Source: a virus
Lineage: Duplodnaviria; Caudoviricetes
Direction: 5' to 3' (one strand)
DNA: 59,362 bases
IMG/VR virus record: IMGVR_UViG_3300030106_002463
Span: 1-59,362 of that record
Within the stretch, counting starts at the first letter, position 1; each line of letters begins with the position of its first letter. This document shows positions 20,801 to 28,586 of this stretch, one piece after another. Under the pieces are notes generated by a model that was not told the DNA's origin, ran no database searches, and was given only the letters and a program-made list of their open reading frames with translations. The translations under genes were made by a program, and so were the position numbers.

Positions 20801-23800
20801 TCGACAACCTTCTTATCAAGGATGGTCGAGGGGTTCGGATCGATCCTGGCGGTACGATGCCCTACCGCGCCCAAGGTGGTCTCAAGAACGATATGAGGGA
20901 TGGCCTCTGGGGTCCGACCGCCAGCGACATAGACTCCATGAGAGATCCGGGGATTGCTTTCGAAGCTTCCCAGGTCTTTGACAAGGTTACAGACGAAGAC
21001 TTGGTGAACGGAATCGACAAGGTTATTTCCATTCCTGTCGATGATCTTCGCAAAGCTGTGCGTGACTTTGGCCCCGTTGACCCCGACGAGAACGAAGAAG
21101 CGTTCAATATCCTTGAGGCGAGAAGAAGAGACCTAGCCTCTCGCAAGGCAGATATCGTCGGCGATAGCAGCGCCGCAGCGCAGTTCATCAGCACTAGCCA
21201 GCCCGGAAGAAGGTTCTCGCTGAACGATCTTCAGTGGGAAGGCAAGGGGACTGCGAACCAAGAGACTAGCTCTGTCGAATCCTTCTCCCCCGACAGGGCG
21301 ATGGAAAAAGTCTCCGAGTCTACAAACGTAAAGGGCCGAGAGAGGGATCGCAAAGTAGTCAGAGCGATAAAGGACTTCAAGACCTCTCCCGACTTCGACA
21401 TAAACGAGACCACTCCTAAGGAGTGGGGTCCGATAGATGATATCTCTAGGCCCTCTTATGGTGTCGTGGTCAAGGATGACCAAGGCAATATTGTCCTAAG
21501 AGAAGTCGCGAACTTTTTTGACGGGTATCACTGGAGCATCGCCAAGGGCAGGCTCGACCCCGGAGAATCCCCCTTAGAAACTGCGGTCAGAGAACTCCGA
21601 GAAGAGACCGGAATATCTGAAGACACTGTTCCGAACTTCAGAATCGTCGGAGCCTTGCCGGGGCCGTACTCTTCAGGGTACAGCGACACCTATCTGTATG
21701 TTGCAGAATTCGACAGTCAGCCGGTAGACCAGGGTATCTCCGAATTCGGAAACGACTTACTGGAAGATACTCCTGGGTTTATTCCGAGGGTATCCAAGGA
21801 TAAGGCTACTGTTTCCGCCGATCAGTCGATAATGGATGAGACTTCCATACCGATTGCCCTTGGGGAAAAGCAGCCTCGCAAGCTGTCTGCAACAAACGAG
21901 AGACTTGTTGAGCTAAACATGGAGACTGCCCGCACGAAAGGGGACAGATCTTATGATGTCCTTCAGGCTGCGATCAGTCCTCCCCTCGTACACAAGAGTC
22001 TTTGGGAATCCATAAAGGATGTTCTGTCGGATAGGCCGCTTGCTTGGTTCAGGCAGAAGTTCGTGGACAAGTATGAAGGAATTCGAAGGGCTGTCGAAAA
22101 GGCTAGGGAGATCAGAGGAGACGACAGCTACCTGCTCGCCGGGATGGATGCGCTCAAGGCCGCTTATCTCTCGGACAAGTCCAAGGGCATAACTCAGGAA
22201 GCCATCACATCCGGACAGCTAATCTACAAAGACGGCATAACCAGAGTAGATACCAGCAAGAAGGGCCTTGTCGAAATAATTCAGCCCTTGTTCGATGGGA
22301 ATGTCGATCTGCTGCGCGATTGGCATACATGGATGATCGCGAACAGAGAGGGGAGATTCGAGAGGGAAGGCCGCATGGTCTCGATGACTCCCCAGGAGAG
22401 GCAGACCGTACTCGACACAGCCAGAGCTAACGGCTGGACTGAGTTGTTCGAATCTGTGAATCGTGATTATCAGGAATGGAACGGTGCCATCGTTGACTAC
22501 ATGGTGTCTACCGGCGTAATCAACGAGCAGATGGGTGAAATCTTCAAAAAGTACGGGGACTACATCCCGTTCTACCGAGAGTTCGAAGGGGAAGCTGACG
22601 AGCGTTTGATCGCTGGGATGCAAGATCTTATCGGTGAAGAGCTTGCACAGATGGAAGCCGATGGCCGGATGCCTCCGGTGACTTCGGCTCAAAGGGCCAG
22701 AATGCCAGCCTCCATGTTTGGCTCTTTGACTGGAGTCAAGCCTCCGCGAAAGGCGAAGGGCGGAGAATCGATGGTCGTCGATCCTCTTACCGGGATCATG
22801 CGTAACCTTGAGGCTGCTGTTACCAGCGGGATGAAGAACGTCGCAGCTACAAGGGTCATGGACGATGCGGTTCTCATCGGTATGGCTACTGAAGTAGAGC
22901 CCAACCAGAGAAGAGCAGACACTCATGTTGTCCGGATGAATGGAGAGGACAGATTCTTCAATGTATTCGATCCCCTCCTCCACGATTCTCTCGCTGGTAT
23001 GGGCGAAGGTAGGATTAAATACCTGAACTTCTTCTCTGCCCCCGCTCAGTTCTTGAGAGAGATGGTTACTAGAAGTCCTGACTTTATCATGGCTAACCTC
23101 CTAAGAGACTCCTTGTCCACTTGGACTACTGCCGGGGGGACGAAGCCCGTCGTCGATACCATGAGGAACTTCTTCAGTGGTGAGACGGAAGCTTCCAGAG
23201 CCTTGCAGAGTGCTGGCATTATAAGCGGGTTCGACAATGCGAGAACCAGCAAGGATTTAGCCAAGAAGTTTGGCAAGAAGCTGAGAGATCAAGGCCAGAC
23301 TCCGGGCAAAAAGATCCCGTTCTGGGGTACAGCTACGAAGCTCTGGGAGTGGAGTGGCGATGTCTCTACTAAGTCGGATGCGGCTACTCGTCAGGCTGTT
23401 TATGAGAGTGTCCTTCAGGAGCTTCTTGAGAAGGGTGTGAGCAGAGGTCAGGCCGAGGCTGAAGCGATCTATCAGGCTGCGGAGGTCATCAACTTCTCCC
23501 GGCGCGGTAACTCTGCGCTTGCCAAGATCATCACCGCAGTCATTCCCTTCATGAACGCAAGAATCCAGGGTCTAGACCTTCTCTACAGGGCTGGTACTGG
23601 TAAGTATTCGACCGTCACAAATGAGACTCGGAACAGAGCCTTGATCGGATTCTTGAGCAGGGCCTCGCTCCTTGCGACTACATCTTTGATGTACGCAGGA
23701 ATGGTGGAAGACGAGGACGAGTACAAAGCTGCTCGACCTGAAGAGCGAGACGACAACTGGATTATTCCTGGGTTCGGCGACATGCCGGGGTTCAAGATTC

Positions 23801-24633
23801 CTGTCCCGTTCGAAGTGGGCTTTCTGTTTAAGACTGTCCCTGAGAGGGTCTACCATTACTACAGCGGAGATCAGACTTACAAGCAGAGTGTTGATGCTAT
23901 AAAGAGAGGGGTTGTATCTACCCTTGAGTTCAACGTCTTTGGGCCTCAGATAACGAAACCCGCGATGGAAGCAATGATGAATCATTCCTTCTACACGGGT
24001 AGCACTATCGTGCCTTGGTATCTCACTGATGCCGACCCTGAGTACCAGAAGAGACTCAGCACGAATGAGCTTGCAGTCACGATAGGCGATGCCTTCAATG
24101 CTTCCCCGCTCAAGGTTGAGCATGTGTTGAGGGGGTATACAGGAACTCTAGGAGGTTACATCCTTACCGTTGCAGATTGGGGTATGCGTAACCTGAAGGG
24201 ACTTCCGGCTAGGCCCACCCTCAGGGCAGATCAGATGATGATTGCGAGAAGGTTCTTGCAGGACAGTGAGGGAGCAGAAGGCTTGATGTCTGAGTGGTAC
24301 ACATTCAGAAACTCCACGAGAGGAATCATGAAAGCCTTTAATACTGCCAAGAAAGATGGCGATCTCGAAGCGGCTAGGGAAATATTCGAGAAGAACTCAG
24401 GTGTTGTATCGGTAAATAGTGCGGTAAACCAGATAGATAATCAGTTGACTAGGCTCCGAAGAGCGGAGAGGTTTATCTTGATGGACCCGAAGACTACGCC
24501 AGATCAAAAGGCCGAAGCGGTTAAGAGAATAGACGCATCCAGAAACGCCATACTATCTGCCTCCAAGAAGATCATGGAGACCGCCGACCTCTCTCCGAAG
24601 CTCCCGTTCCCCCTGTCGATACTGGATGATTAG
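14863..24633 (+). CDS. Large polyvalent protein (3256 aa): zincin metallopeptidase, ART-like, kinase-like, NUDIX and LPD38-type C-terminus
   Basis: HEAIH at 17617-17631 plus EEEAVAE; YVK...NEILAS...WLGNWD...RIDPGG; complete NUDIX box at 21547-21615; NFSRRG, PFMNARIQG and KIPVPFEVG in the C-terminus. Confidence 0.8.
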   Translation: MAWIDGAENGIQLPDGQVVSFPPGVSEDQAYAQLKSERPELFEKPSGFIPAAQSTITRMAGALSAAPSTVLGGLGDQRALDEAGKIYEQTAREAAEILPEPTQYTDIIEDYKEDGLAEAASTAWTFAREQVGISTPYMVPAMVAGKVGASDLVAGSKLGQRVGTGLARFLPVLRAGATAAPHPLLKAGFGAAFGIGTLATQFFADNLERQYEVASEGGEQTVTPDDISNFAAAAAAGPQAAMDYIFVALTGGIGRGAQLAASQSLKQSLAATTTQAGKATLGRTIGRGAVESLTEFPTELMQTVLERAQAGESISFDDAEFVDEMKATIAGTIPVVGAFGAAGTYRSHRANKKAEENWNKMSDEERRLRKSQDSQREAARQAEIERAERIQSQNEARWRAANEQAARNNDTIEQAALQAQENTPVEIEDVIEAADSRNILVDTDGFRAFVSRQTGGRTPNLKKTTNQERRRIRSILSGLKVQEFVEEDGGAYMPMFTRKQFDNAVEGTRKSKSIDSDVVRQVLGMGVSDTDKAVAATIVKEMETRGYAKREKQKDGTNPLKPRDNAYTEDNYEELLKIGQENGRITQGDFEKVTRKYGRSPYKAFISDMRVRGDLHKTDKVKGVFTPITYQDIQEADDGRTLTVGDYEVTTEPAEGYFVRGPNGEIVDGALSRKDAVESAQILKHRSRSYTIKKNGQAVKTYKNKNNARDAAALIQEADPAARVEVSSNAPVGFTVDKNKSKGFSTIERVNEEGRRTSVLEYGFSPDENAANVLRDERISEITPGLADWDVRSVKEKDRARERLSGFLRARGVRLDPAQREEFTTPDERTSFDPERRIEGDQTQRNQTILNELEQALVDAGIDQDVAAKVVNESVNAEGFFDPNLGGLRTLAVNLNHPTVRNAKTEAELRQAVRGIVNHEAIHAMRDLDLFTMNEWNALKNATLRVKRSDGKTFADWAQETYEGIPGYETKESVEEEAVAEMYRQFYSDQNVRRQIAGQPRTLLERIQRFMERLVNAFSGIGFGDASQVIQGIGKVQARERGQVRTLKDTEALSQRNAAAIRRQVEQRQAEAEQPESREGKKPLKRHSITGPRMLEEFERREEVSDQEFQDQYNEELSRRSVAGTNSTILTVPGDFMPSDMTAKFSIDASNMSDSDLLITKNSNIPEVLEYLNVDADPNEIGEIQDVLATINRAIVGVLSGERERLRALDLNEEDIKKLEGVLKFTRVDYGSNGLHQLEREIATQYGRTDFGGDLIDSYRQFANSAFGYESEPGRILSSMVDEGYVISGVQNDYDFGISFVDPTSRSASEENLTLPVPLTVALHDLGKLRKEIKSGKELSAGTIASLHQRYVSPILNSFKSGSLGAPEGRTILRSLDFSPEGLKSGLKMVSAGASMAAYPFHQSNFENNSTLFEAINNLKTGMSEGDVHKLIDYSLSIPYQRAHAAIFKYIFERTSSDSTTPLYRGTSLSRFLFDISSKEESRSVSDPSYKTALDWAKDKAVGREISIDGLGELSSDANVSDGDFNEGVLLVLPVGSVKQQAPSTARFTSEAGSFTSGTFTVRNIVTYSNPSEFIEAHIKAFGNQIIDAAEIKRKVLNGELNKSDIIDGFIPSVNKGFSGLSQDLFSEIEEDQNSFIEWSGAVDSQASQVNTEEENYLYNDLDILVKVLNLMMADGALDDFNDSYSYYLANKPEAENAFSVSSNGSIQFNDEAYRRYLYDLEEQGKPVSEKTVEFLNRSVRKDPDFRTSLVRAISYLTSGRASESPADLLETPHIPIDPDEPFSSIFSGIGYTQRNAAGNDLGVPREIRFDSEGTRLGRGAIVTLSQTNNEMRSFGGKFLTDENEVTERAPVIGWTRPPKWSIVNVDEEGFQLVGGQTGSNEGGMYRNEETGEQYYVKTPRDPDIGRNEILASKLYQLAGVEVANADPAVRNGEFSVASTFVPGLETDQMLLTEERVPGVQENFAVDAWLGNWDVIGLVFDNLLIKDGRGVRIDPGGTMPYRAQGGLKNDMRDGLWGPTASDIDSMRDPGIAFEASQVFDKVTDEDLVNGIDKVISIPVDDLRKAVRDFGPVDPDENEEAFNILEARRRDLASRKADIVGDSSAAAQFISTSQPGRRFSLNDLQWEGKGTANQETSSVESFSPDRAMEKVSESTNVKGRERDRKVVRAIKDFKTSPDFDINETTPKEWGPIDDISRPSYGVVVKDDQGNIVLREVANFFDGYHWSIAKGRLDPGESPLETAVRELREETGISEDTVPNFRIVGALPGPYSSGYSDTYLYVAEFDSQPVDQGISEFGNDLLEDTPGFIPRVSKDKATVSADQSIMDETSIPIALGEKQPRKLSATNERLVELNMETARTKGDRSYDVLQAAISPPLVHKSLWESIKDVLSDRPLAWFRQKFVDKYEGIRRAVEKAREIRGDDSYLLAGMDALKAAYLSDKSKGITQEAITSGQLIYKDGITRVDTSKKGLVEIIQPLFDGNVDLLRDWHTWMIANREGRFEREGRMVSMTPQERQTVLDTARANGWTELFESVNRDYQEWNGAIVDYMVSTGVINEQMGEIFKKYGDYIPFYREFEGEADERLIAGMQDLIGEELAQMEADGRMPPVTSAQRARMPASMFGSLTGVKPPRKAKGGESMVVDPLTGIMRNLEAAVTSGMKNVAATRVMDDAVLIGMATEVEPNQRRADTHVVRMNGEDRFFNVFDPLLHDSLAGMGEGRIKYLNFFSAPAQFLREMVTRSPDFIMANLLRDSLSTWTTAGGTKPVVDTMRNFFSGETEASRALQSAGIISGFDNARTSKDLAKKFGKKLRDQGQTPGKKIPFWGTATKLWEWSGDVSTKSDAATRQAVYESVLQELLEKGVSRGQAEAEAIYQAAEVINFSRRGNSALAKIITAVIPFMNARIQGLDLLYRAGTGKYSTVTNETRNRALIGFLSRASLLATTSLMYAGMVEDEDEYKAARPEERDDNWIIPGFGDMPGFKIPVPFEVGFLFKTVPERVYHYYSGDQTYKQSVDAIKRGVVSTLEFNVFGPQITKPAMEAMMNHSFYTGSTIVPWYLTDADPEYQKRLSTNELAVTIGDAFNASPLKVEHVLRGYTGTLGGYILTVADWGMRNLKGLPARPTLRADQMMIARRFLQDSEGAEGLMSEWYTFRNSTRGIMKAFNTAKKDGDLEAAREIFEKNSGVVSVNSAVNQIDNQLTRLRRAERFILMDPKTTPDQKAEAVKRIDASRNAILSASKKIMETADLSPKLPFPLSILDD

Positions 24634-24635
24634 GC

Positions 24636-24953
24636 ATGGCTATTCTTTTTAAGGACGGTGTGTCGATAAATGGGGTCAAGCCTGAGTTGGTTCTCGGGCT
24701 ACAGATCGCCGACGGGTACTTCTCCGACAAGGGGATACCCAACATGATCGTAACGTCCATGACTGACGGAGATCACTCTACTGGGTCTCTTCATTACGTT
24801 GGCTACGCAGCCGACCTCAGGATATGGGCGATACAGAAAGAGCATTTGGCTGAGTTCACAGAGGGCTTAGCTTTAAGACTGGGAGAAGAGTTTGATGTGG
24901 TTCTTGAGGCAACTCATATCCACATGGAATTCCAACCCAAACACAATAGGTGA
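24636..24953 (+). CDS. Endolysin, peptidase M15-like Zn peptidase
   Basis: VTS..DG.H...SLHYVGYAADLR...HIH motif; first gene of the lysis cassette. Confidence 0.8.
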   Translation: MAILFKDGVSINGVKPELVLGLQIADGYFSDKGIPNMIVTSMTDGDHSTGSLHYVGYAADLRIWAIQKEHLAEFTEGLALRLGEEFDVVLEATHIHMEFQPKHNR

Positions 24954-24957
24954 ATAA

Positions 24958-25134
24958 ATGGATTGGATTCTCGCTAACGCTGGTAACGTGATTGATATTG
25001 CACTCAAGCTTGTCGGAGCTTTCGCTGTCGTTGCAACGATGACTCCTAACGAGTCTGACAACAACGTCGCTGACGGGTTAATGCGACTTATCAATATGCT
25101 TGGTGCAAACTTTGGCAAGGCCAATAACGCATAA
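24958..25134 (+). CDS. Putative holin (58 aa, below the ORF-track cutoff)
   Basis: MDWILANAGNVIDIALKLVGAFAVVATMTPNESDNNVADGLMRLINMLGANFGKANNA*; hydrophobic, between endolysin and spanins. Confidence 0.65.
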   Translation: MDWILANAGNVIDIALKLVGAFAVVATMTPNESDNNVADGLMRLINMLGANFGKANNA

Positions 25135-25409
25135 TGATTGAGTCTCTTCTGATATTTTTCTTCATCTTCCTTTTCGTAGTCGTCATTGTCCTCCTCTGGG
25201 GGAGGAGTAAGGAGCGTGTCGGAAGGATGGATGCGGAAAATTTAATATTAGAAAAGAGATCGGAGAGGCTATCCCGTGGCGTCGAAAAACTTATGGGGCC
25301 TCGTCCTACTCGTCGTGTTCTTATCAAGCATTGGGAGCGCCGGTTGCGCCAAGCGACCGGAGGTAATCCTGATACCCCCCTGCCCGACTCCAAACCTAGA
25401 AACGATTAG
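25134..25409 (+). CDS. i-spanin (Rz-like)
   Basis: N-terminal transmembrane segment followed by a charged helical region. Confidence 0.7.
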   Translation: MIESLLIFFFIFLFVVVIVLLWGRSKERVGRMDAENLILEKRSERLSRGVEKLMGPRPTRRVLIKHWERRLRQATGGNPDTPLPDSKPRND

Positions 25410-25503
25410 GTCTCTCAGGGAAGATGAGATACCAGATGCGATACTTGAATATCTTATAGACATAGATATGTATTGCTCTGCTGTCGATTATGTCCGTGAG
25501 TGA
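25276..25503 (+). CDS. o-spanin lipoprotein (Rz1-like), overlapping the i-spanin
   Basis: Signal peptide with lipobox SAGC, Pro-rich PPCPTP, alternate frame overlapping the i-spanin 3' half. Confidence 0.75.
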   Translation: MASKNLWGLVLLVVFLSSIGSAGCAKRPEVILIPPCPTPNLETIRSLREDEIPDAILEYLIDIDMYCSAVDYVRE

Positions 25504-25511
25504 ACAAGGAG

Positions 25512-25536
25512 GCCCCTGCGAAAGCGGGGGCTTTTT
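25512..25536 (+). terminator. Intrinsic terminator-like hairpin at the end of the late/lysis operon
   Basis: GCCCCTGC-GAAA-GCGGGGGC followed by TTTTT. Confidence 0.75.
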
Positions 25537-25538
25537 AT

Positions 25539-26408
25539 ATGGCAGACAGAGATCGAGTGACTGAAGAGAAGGTCAGGAGAGACATTCATCAACTGAAGCC
25601 TCCCCCGCCCTACAAGAGAGCATCAAAGAAGCCTTCATTGGGAAAGACAATACTCGTTGTACCGGACAGTCATGCAAAGCCTGGGATATCTAATCACAGG
25701 TTTGAATGGCTTGGGAGATTAGCAGTAGACAAGAGGCCAGATTACATCGTCAATCTCGGCGACTTGTGGGACATGCACTCTCTCAATTCATTCGATAAGC
25801 CGGGGAGCAAGTCCTTCAACGGCGCAAGCTACTGGAAGGACATCGACATCGGCCTTGATGCGATGCTTCGATTTCACTTGCAAATCGAGTCATACAACAA
25901 GGGGCGCAAGAAAGACAAGTACAATCCCAAGAAGATTTTCTGCATAGGGAATCATGAAAACAGAATAAACAAGTTCATAGAGTCTGAGCCTAGATTTGAA
26001 GAGATCATATCCCTAGATGATCTAAGGCTTGGAGAGCTTGGCTGGGAAGAGGTTCCTTTCCTTGCGATCAAGAAGATTGAGGGATGTTCCTTTTCTCATT
26101 ATTTCACGTCTGGGGTTATGGGGAGACCTATTGCTGGGATGCACCAAGCCGCCAGCCTGCTCACAAAGCAGTTCGGAACCTGCATCCAAGGGCACACCCA
26201 CACCTTCGACCACTCAGTCAGAACAGACAGTGGGGGGAAAGACCTACACGGGCTAGTCGCTGGGTGTTACTTCGAACACTCAGAGTCGTGGGCTGGACCG
26301 GCTAACCAGATGTGGAGGAGGGGTGTTTGCTTGCTCCATAACGTCAAGGCAGGCGACTTCGATGTCGAATGGATCGGAATGGAGCGGATCAAAGCAACGT
26401 ACTCCTAA
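25539..26408 (+). CDS. Calcineurin-like metallophosphoesterase
   Basis: PDSH, LGD, GNHE, SH and GHTH motifs; start could alternatively be the GTG at 25500. Confidence 0.88.
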   Translation: MADRDRVTEEKVRRDIHQLKPPPPYKRASKKPSLGKTILVVPDSHAKPGISNHRFEWLGRLAVDKRPDYIVNLGDLWDMHSLNSFDKPGSKSFNGASYWKDIDIGLDAMLRFHLQIESYNKGRKKDKYNPKKIFCIGNHENRINKFIESEPRFEEIISLDDLRLGELGWEEVPFLAIKKIEGCSFSHYFTSGVMGRPIAGMHQAASLLTKQFGTCIQGHTHTFDHSVRTDSGGKDLHGLVAGCYFEHSESWAGPANQMWRRGVCLLHNVKAGDFDVEWIGMERIKATYS

Positions 26409-26760
26409 GGTTCTTTCTAAAAGAGATAGGCTTCACCAGATCCATAGGTGGCTTATCTATGAGTTCAAAAGAAAGTCTAGGCTTCGCGTAGAGAAGCTTC
26501 CCAAAGCAGAGAAAGATTGCCTCGGATACGTCGAGATCGGATCGGGCGTACCCTTGATAAGAGTAAGTAAATTCTTATCAAGGAGTGAGTCTATCTCTGT
26601 CCTTCTGCACGAATACTCCCACGTCCTATCCCATTACGAACACGGCCCCCATTGGAATCGATCCTACGGGGGCCACGACAAACAATTCTATTCAATACTT
26701 TGTAACGTAGAAAACAGGTACTTTTATGACAGTGGAAATGTTGAAAGTCAGGACTTCTGA
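26323..26760 (+). CDS. HExxH Zn metallopeptidase-like (SprT/IrrE-like) protein; true start probably downstream
   Basis: LLHEYSH...GHDKQF. Confidence 0.6.
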   Translation: MFACSITSRQATSMSNGSEWSGSKQRTPKVLSKRDRLHQIHRWLIYEFKRKSRLRVEKLPKAEKDCLGYVEIGSGVPLIRVSKFLSRSESISVLLHEYSHVLSHYEHGPHWNRSYGGHDKQFYSILCNVENRYFYDSGNVESQDF

Positions 26761-26941
26761 CAAGGGATCTTTAGCTAAGTTATACCAAGCTAAGATATGC
26801 CTGACTAACGCGGAAGGGTTTCTCGCCTCCGAGGAGGTGGAGCAGGCTTTAGGGGAGAGCCTGTATTACGAGGTCCGAAAGGAATTGCAGAACCTCATGA
26901 AAGGGATCGACGTAAGCTTAAGGATTGCAGAGAAACGGTAG
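26726..26941 (+). CDS. Hypothetical protein
   Basis: Continues the operon; ends at the convergent tRNA 3' end. Confidence 0.5.
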   Translation: MTVEMLKVRTSDKGSLAKLYQAKICLTNAEGFLASEEVEQALGESLYYEVRKELQNLMKGIDVSLRIAEKR

Positions 26942-27012
26942 GCTCGCCGGGACTCGAACCCGGAACCACCCGCTTATAAGACGGGCACTCTAACCAGTTG
27001 AGCTACGAGCCC
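26939..27012 (-). tRNA. tRNA-Ile (anticodon TAT, reads AUA)
   Basis: Reverse complement GGGCTCGTAGCTCAACTGGTTAGAGTG-CCCGT-CTTATAA-GCGGG-TGGTTCCGGGTTCGAGTCCCGGCGAGCCTA folds as a cloverleaf; followed by CCG rather than CCA. Confidence 0.93.
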
Positions 27013-27024
27013 ACTTCTCATACT

Positions 27025-27204
27025 TTACTTAACCATTCTTTCCACAGCAGTCCGGATCAGGTGCGACATGGAAACATCCTGTCGCTTAGCCAGAGTGCGG
27101 AGCTTTTTAATATCAGCCTTAGGAAGAAGAAGCGTAAAGCTTCGGGCGCTCCCCGGCTTGAAGATACTGGGTCGGCCCTTCTTGTTGGTCGTCTTGCTAG
27201 GCAT
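27025..27204 (-). CDS. Ribbon-helix-helix (CopG-like) DNA-binding protein, 59 aa (below the ORF-track cutoff)
   Basis: MPSKTTNKKGRPSIFKPGSARSFTLLLPKADIKKLRTLAKRQDVSMSHLIRTAVERMVK*. Confidence 0.75.
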   Translation of the reverse strand: MPSKTTNKKGRPSIFKPGSARSFTLLLPKADIKKLRTLAKRQDVSMSHLIRTAVERMVK

Positions 27205-27450
27205 TTACTTTCCTTTTCTTTCAGCTATGGAGATTCTTCTCTCCAAGTAGAAAATAGCTTTTCCTACGTCTTCGATAAGAGAGATACTTTCTCCCTTTCT
27301 TCCTGCTCTTGAAATGTATTTGAGAGCGTTACCAAGGTGGTAGTCAAGCTCCCAATCCTCTATCACCTTTACTGGTTCATAGATCCTTCCCTCCGTGTAG
27401 TGAGCAGGGTTCTTCACGGAGTCAAACTTTCTACTCAAATCGGTACTCAC
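27205..27450 (-). CDS. DUF3310-family (T7 gp1.7/SaV-like) protein
   Basis: VKNPAHY...LGNALKYISRAGRKG...EDVGKAIFYLER. Confidence 0.85.
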   Translation of the reverse strand: MSTDLSRKFDSVKNPAHYTEGRIYEPVKVIEDWELDYHLGNALKYISRAGRKGESISLIEDVGKAIFYLERRISIAERKGK

Positions 27451-27928
27451 TTACAATTTCTTCCAGTCTTTCAACAGCTTCAGGGTTTCTCTTCAGCTCA
27501 GATCTGGATTCGAACCCAACCAGATCCTTCAGGATCCACAGGCAAATTTGCTCGCCCGTAAGGTCTTTGTCGAAGACTGTTCCTTCCTTGCCGTACCTGT
27601 TTATAAGCCAAGCCGAGAACTCTTCGGGCTCACTCCTGCACAGCATGGATACGATAGAGCCAATCTTGGTAGCTCTCTTGATGTCCTGAGGCTCGACGGG
27701 TTGGTCGCTCTCGGCCTCCATCTGAACCAGGGCGCAAGCGAATCTTGTGTTCGGTTGCTGGAGCATGAGGGATCTCACCCTAGATGCTTCAATCGATTTA
27801 GCTGGAGAGTTATGGGGGTTATCAAGAATGTCTTCAGGGTTTATCCGAAGAACAATCTTGTGACCGCCGGAGCTAGTCATGCTGGCCGAGACTAGTTGGG
27901 CTTCGAACTTGATTGCGATGTCTTCCAT
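27431..27928 (-). CDS. Hypothetical protein
   Basis: Overlapping operon member, 165 aa. Confidence 0.65.
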   Translation of the reverse strand: MEDIAIKFEAQLVSASMTSSGGHKIVLRINPEDILDNPHNSPAKSIEASRVRSLMLQQPNTRFACALVQMEAESDQPVEPQDIKRATKIGSIVSMLCRSEPEEFSAWLINRYGKEGTVFDKDLTGEQICLWILKDLVGFESRSELKRNPEAVERLEEIVSEYRFE

Positions 27929-28191
27929 TCTTCAAACTTTTCCGAAGACCACTCCATCGGATCAATGCCGTACTTAATCCAGAAGTTGATCTCTCTTCCA
28001 TGTGTGTGACAGAGCGTGTGGTCAGTTCTACAGAGAGGGACGGCTAGATCATCTCCGCATCTCTTCATGCCCATCCCGCTCAGAGTTCCTGTAACGGAGT
28101 ATCTGGGGTGGTGAGCATCGGCTCCGTCAGAGCCGCACACTAGACAAGCGTGCGACCTGACGAAGCGTAGATACTCTTCAGACTTGAACAT
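27892..28191 (-). CDS. DUF968/HNH-like Zn-finger protein
   Basis: YLRFVRS..CLVCG....AHH...GMGMK..DD.AVPLCR.DH...H; start refined to MFKSEE. Confidence 0.75.
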   Translation of the reverse strand: MFKSEEYLRFVRSHACLVCGSDGADAHHPRYSVTGTLSGMGMKRCGDDLAVPLCRTDHTLCHTHGREINFWIKYGIDPMEWSSEKFEEWKTSQSSSKPN

Positions 28192-28199
28192 GAAGAGTT

Positions 28200-28586
28200 C
28201 TAGAAGTCGATGTCGCCAAAGCTTTCGTCGCTCGTAGGCGAAGTATCGGGGGCGCTCGGCGCTTCCTTCGAAGGCGCAGGCCGAGAGGTGGACCCTCCTC
28301 CTCCGGTGCCACGGTTGGAAGAACGCCATGAGTTGTCCTCCAAGGTCATCGAGAAGTACGGCTGACCAGTCTCGTCGTCGAGTCGCTTCCAGACAGCGAC
28401 GTTAATGTAAGTCTCCTTACGCTCGCTGAACTCGGAGGCAAGGTTCTTAAGCCACTGTGCTGCGTCCCTGTTCTTCTCATCGGAACGCTGACCAGTCCAA
28501 CCCCCAACCTTGATCGCGCCCCGAAGGTCGGGCTGCTTGTCGTGGGACTTATCGTTCTTGCGAATGTTACCGTGTACCTTAGCCAT
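28200..28586 (-). CDS. Putative single-stranded DNA-binding protein
   Basis: KQPDLRG and VAVWK motifs, G/P-rich linker and acidic C-terminal tip DIDF; adjacent to the recombinase. Confidence 0.7.
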   Translation of the reverse strand: MAKVHGNIRKNDKSHDKQPDLRGAIKVGGWTGQRSDEKNRDAAQWLKNLASEFSERKETYINVAVWKRLDDETGQPYFSMTLEDNSWRSSNRGTGGGGSTSRPAPSKEAPSAPDTSPTSDESFGDIDF

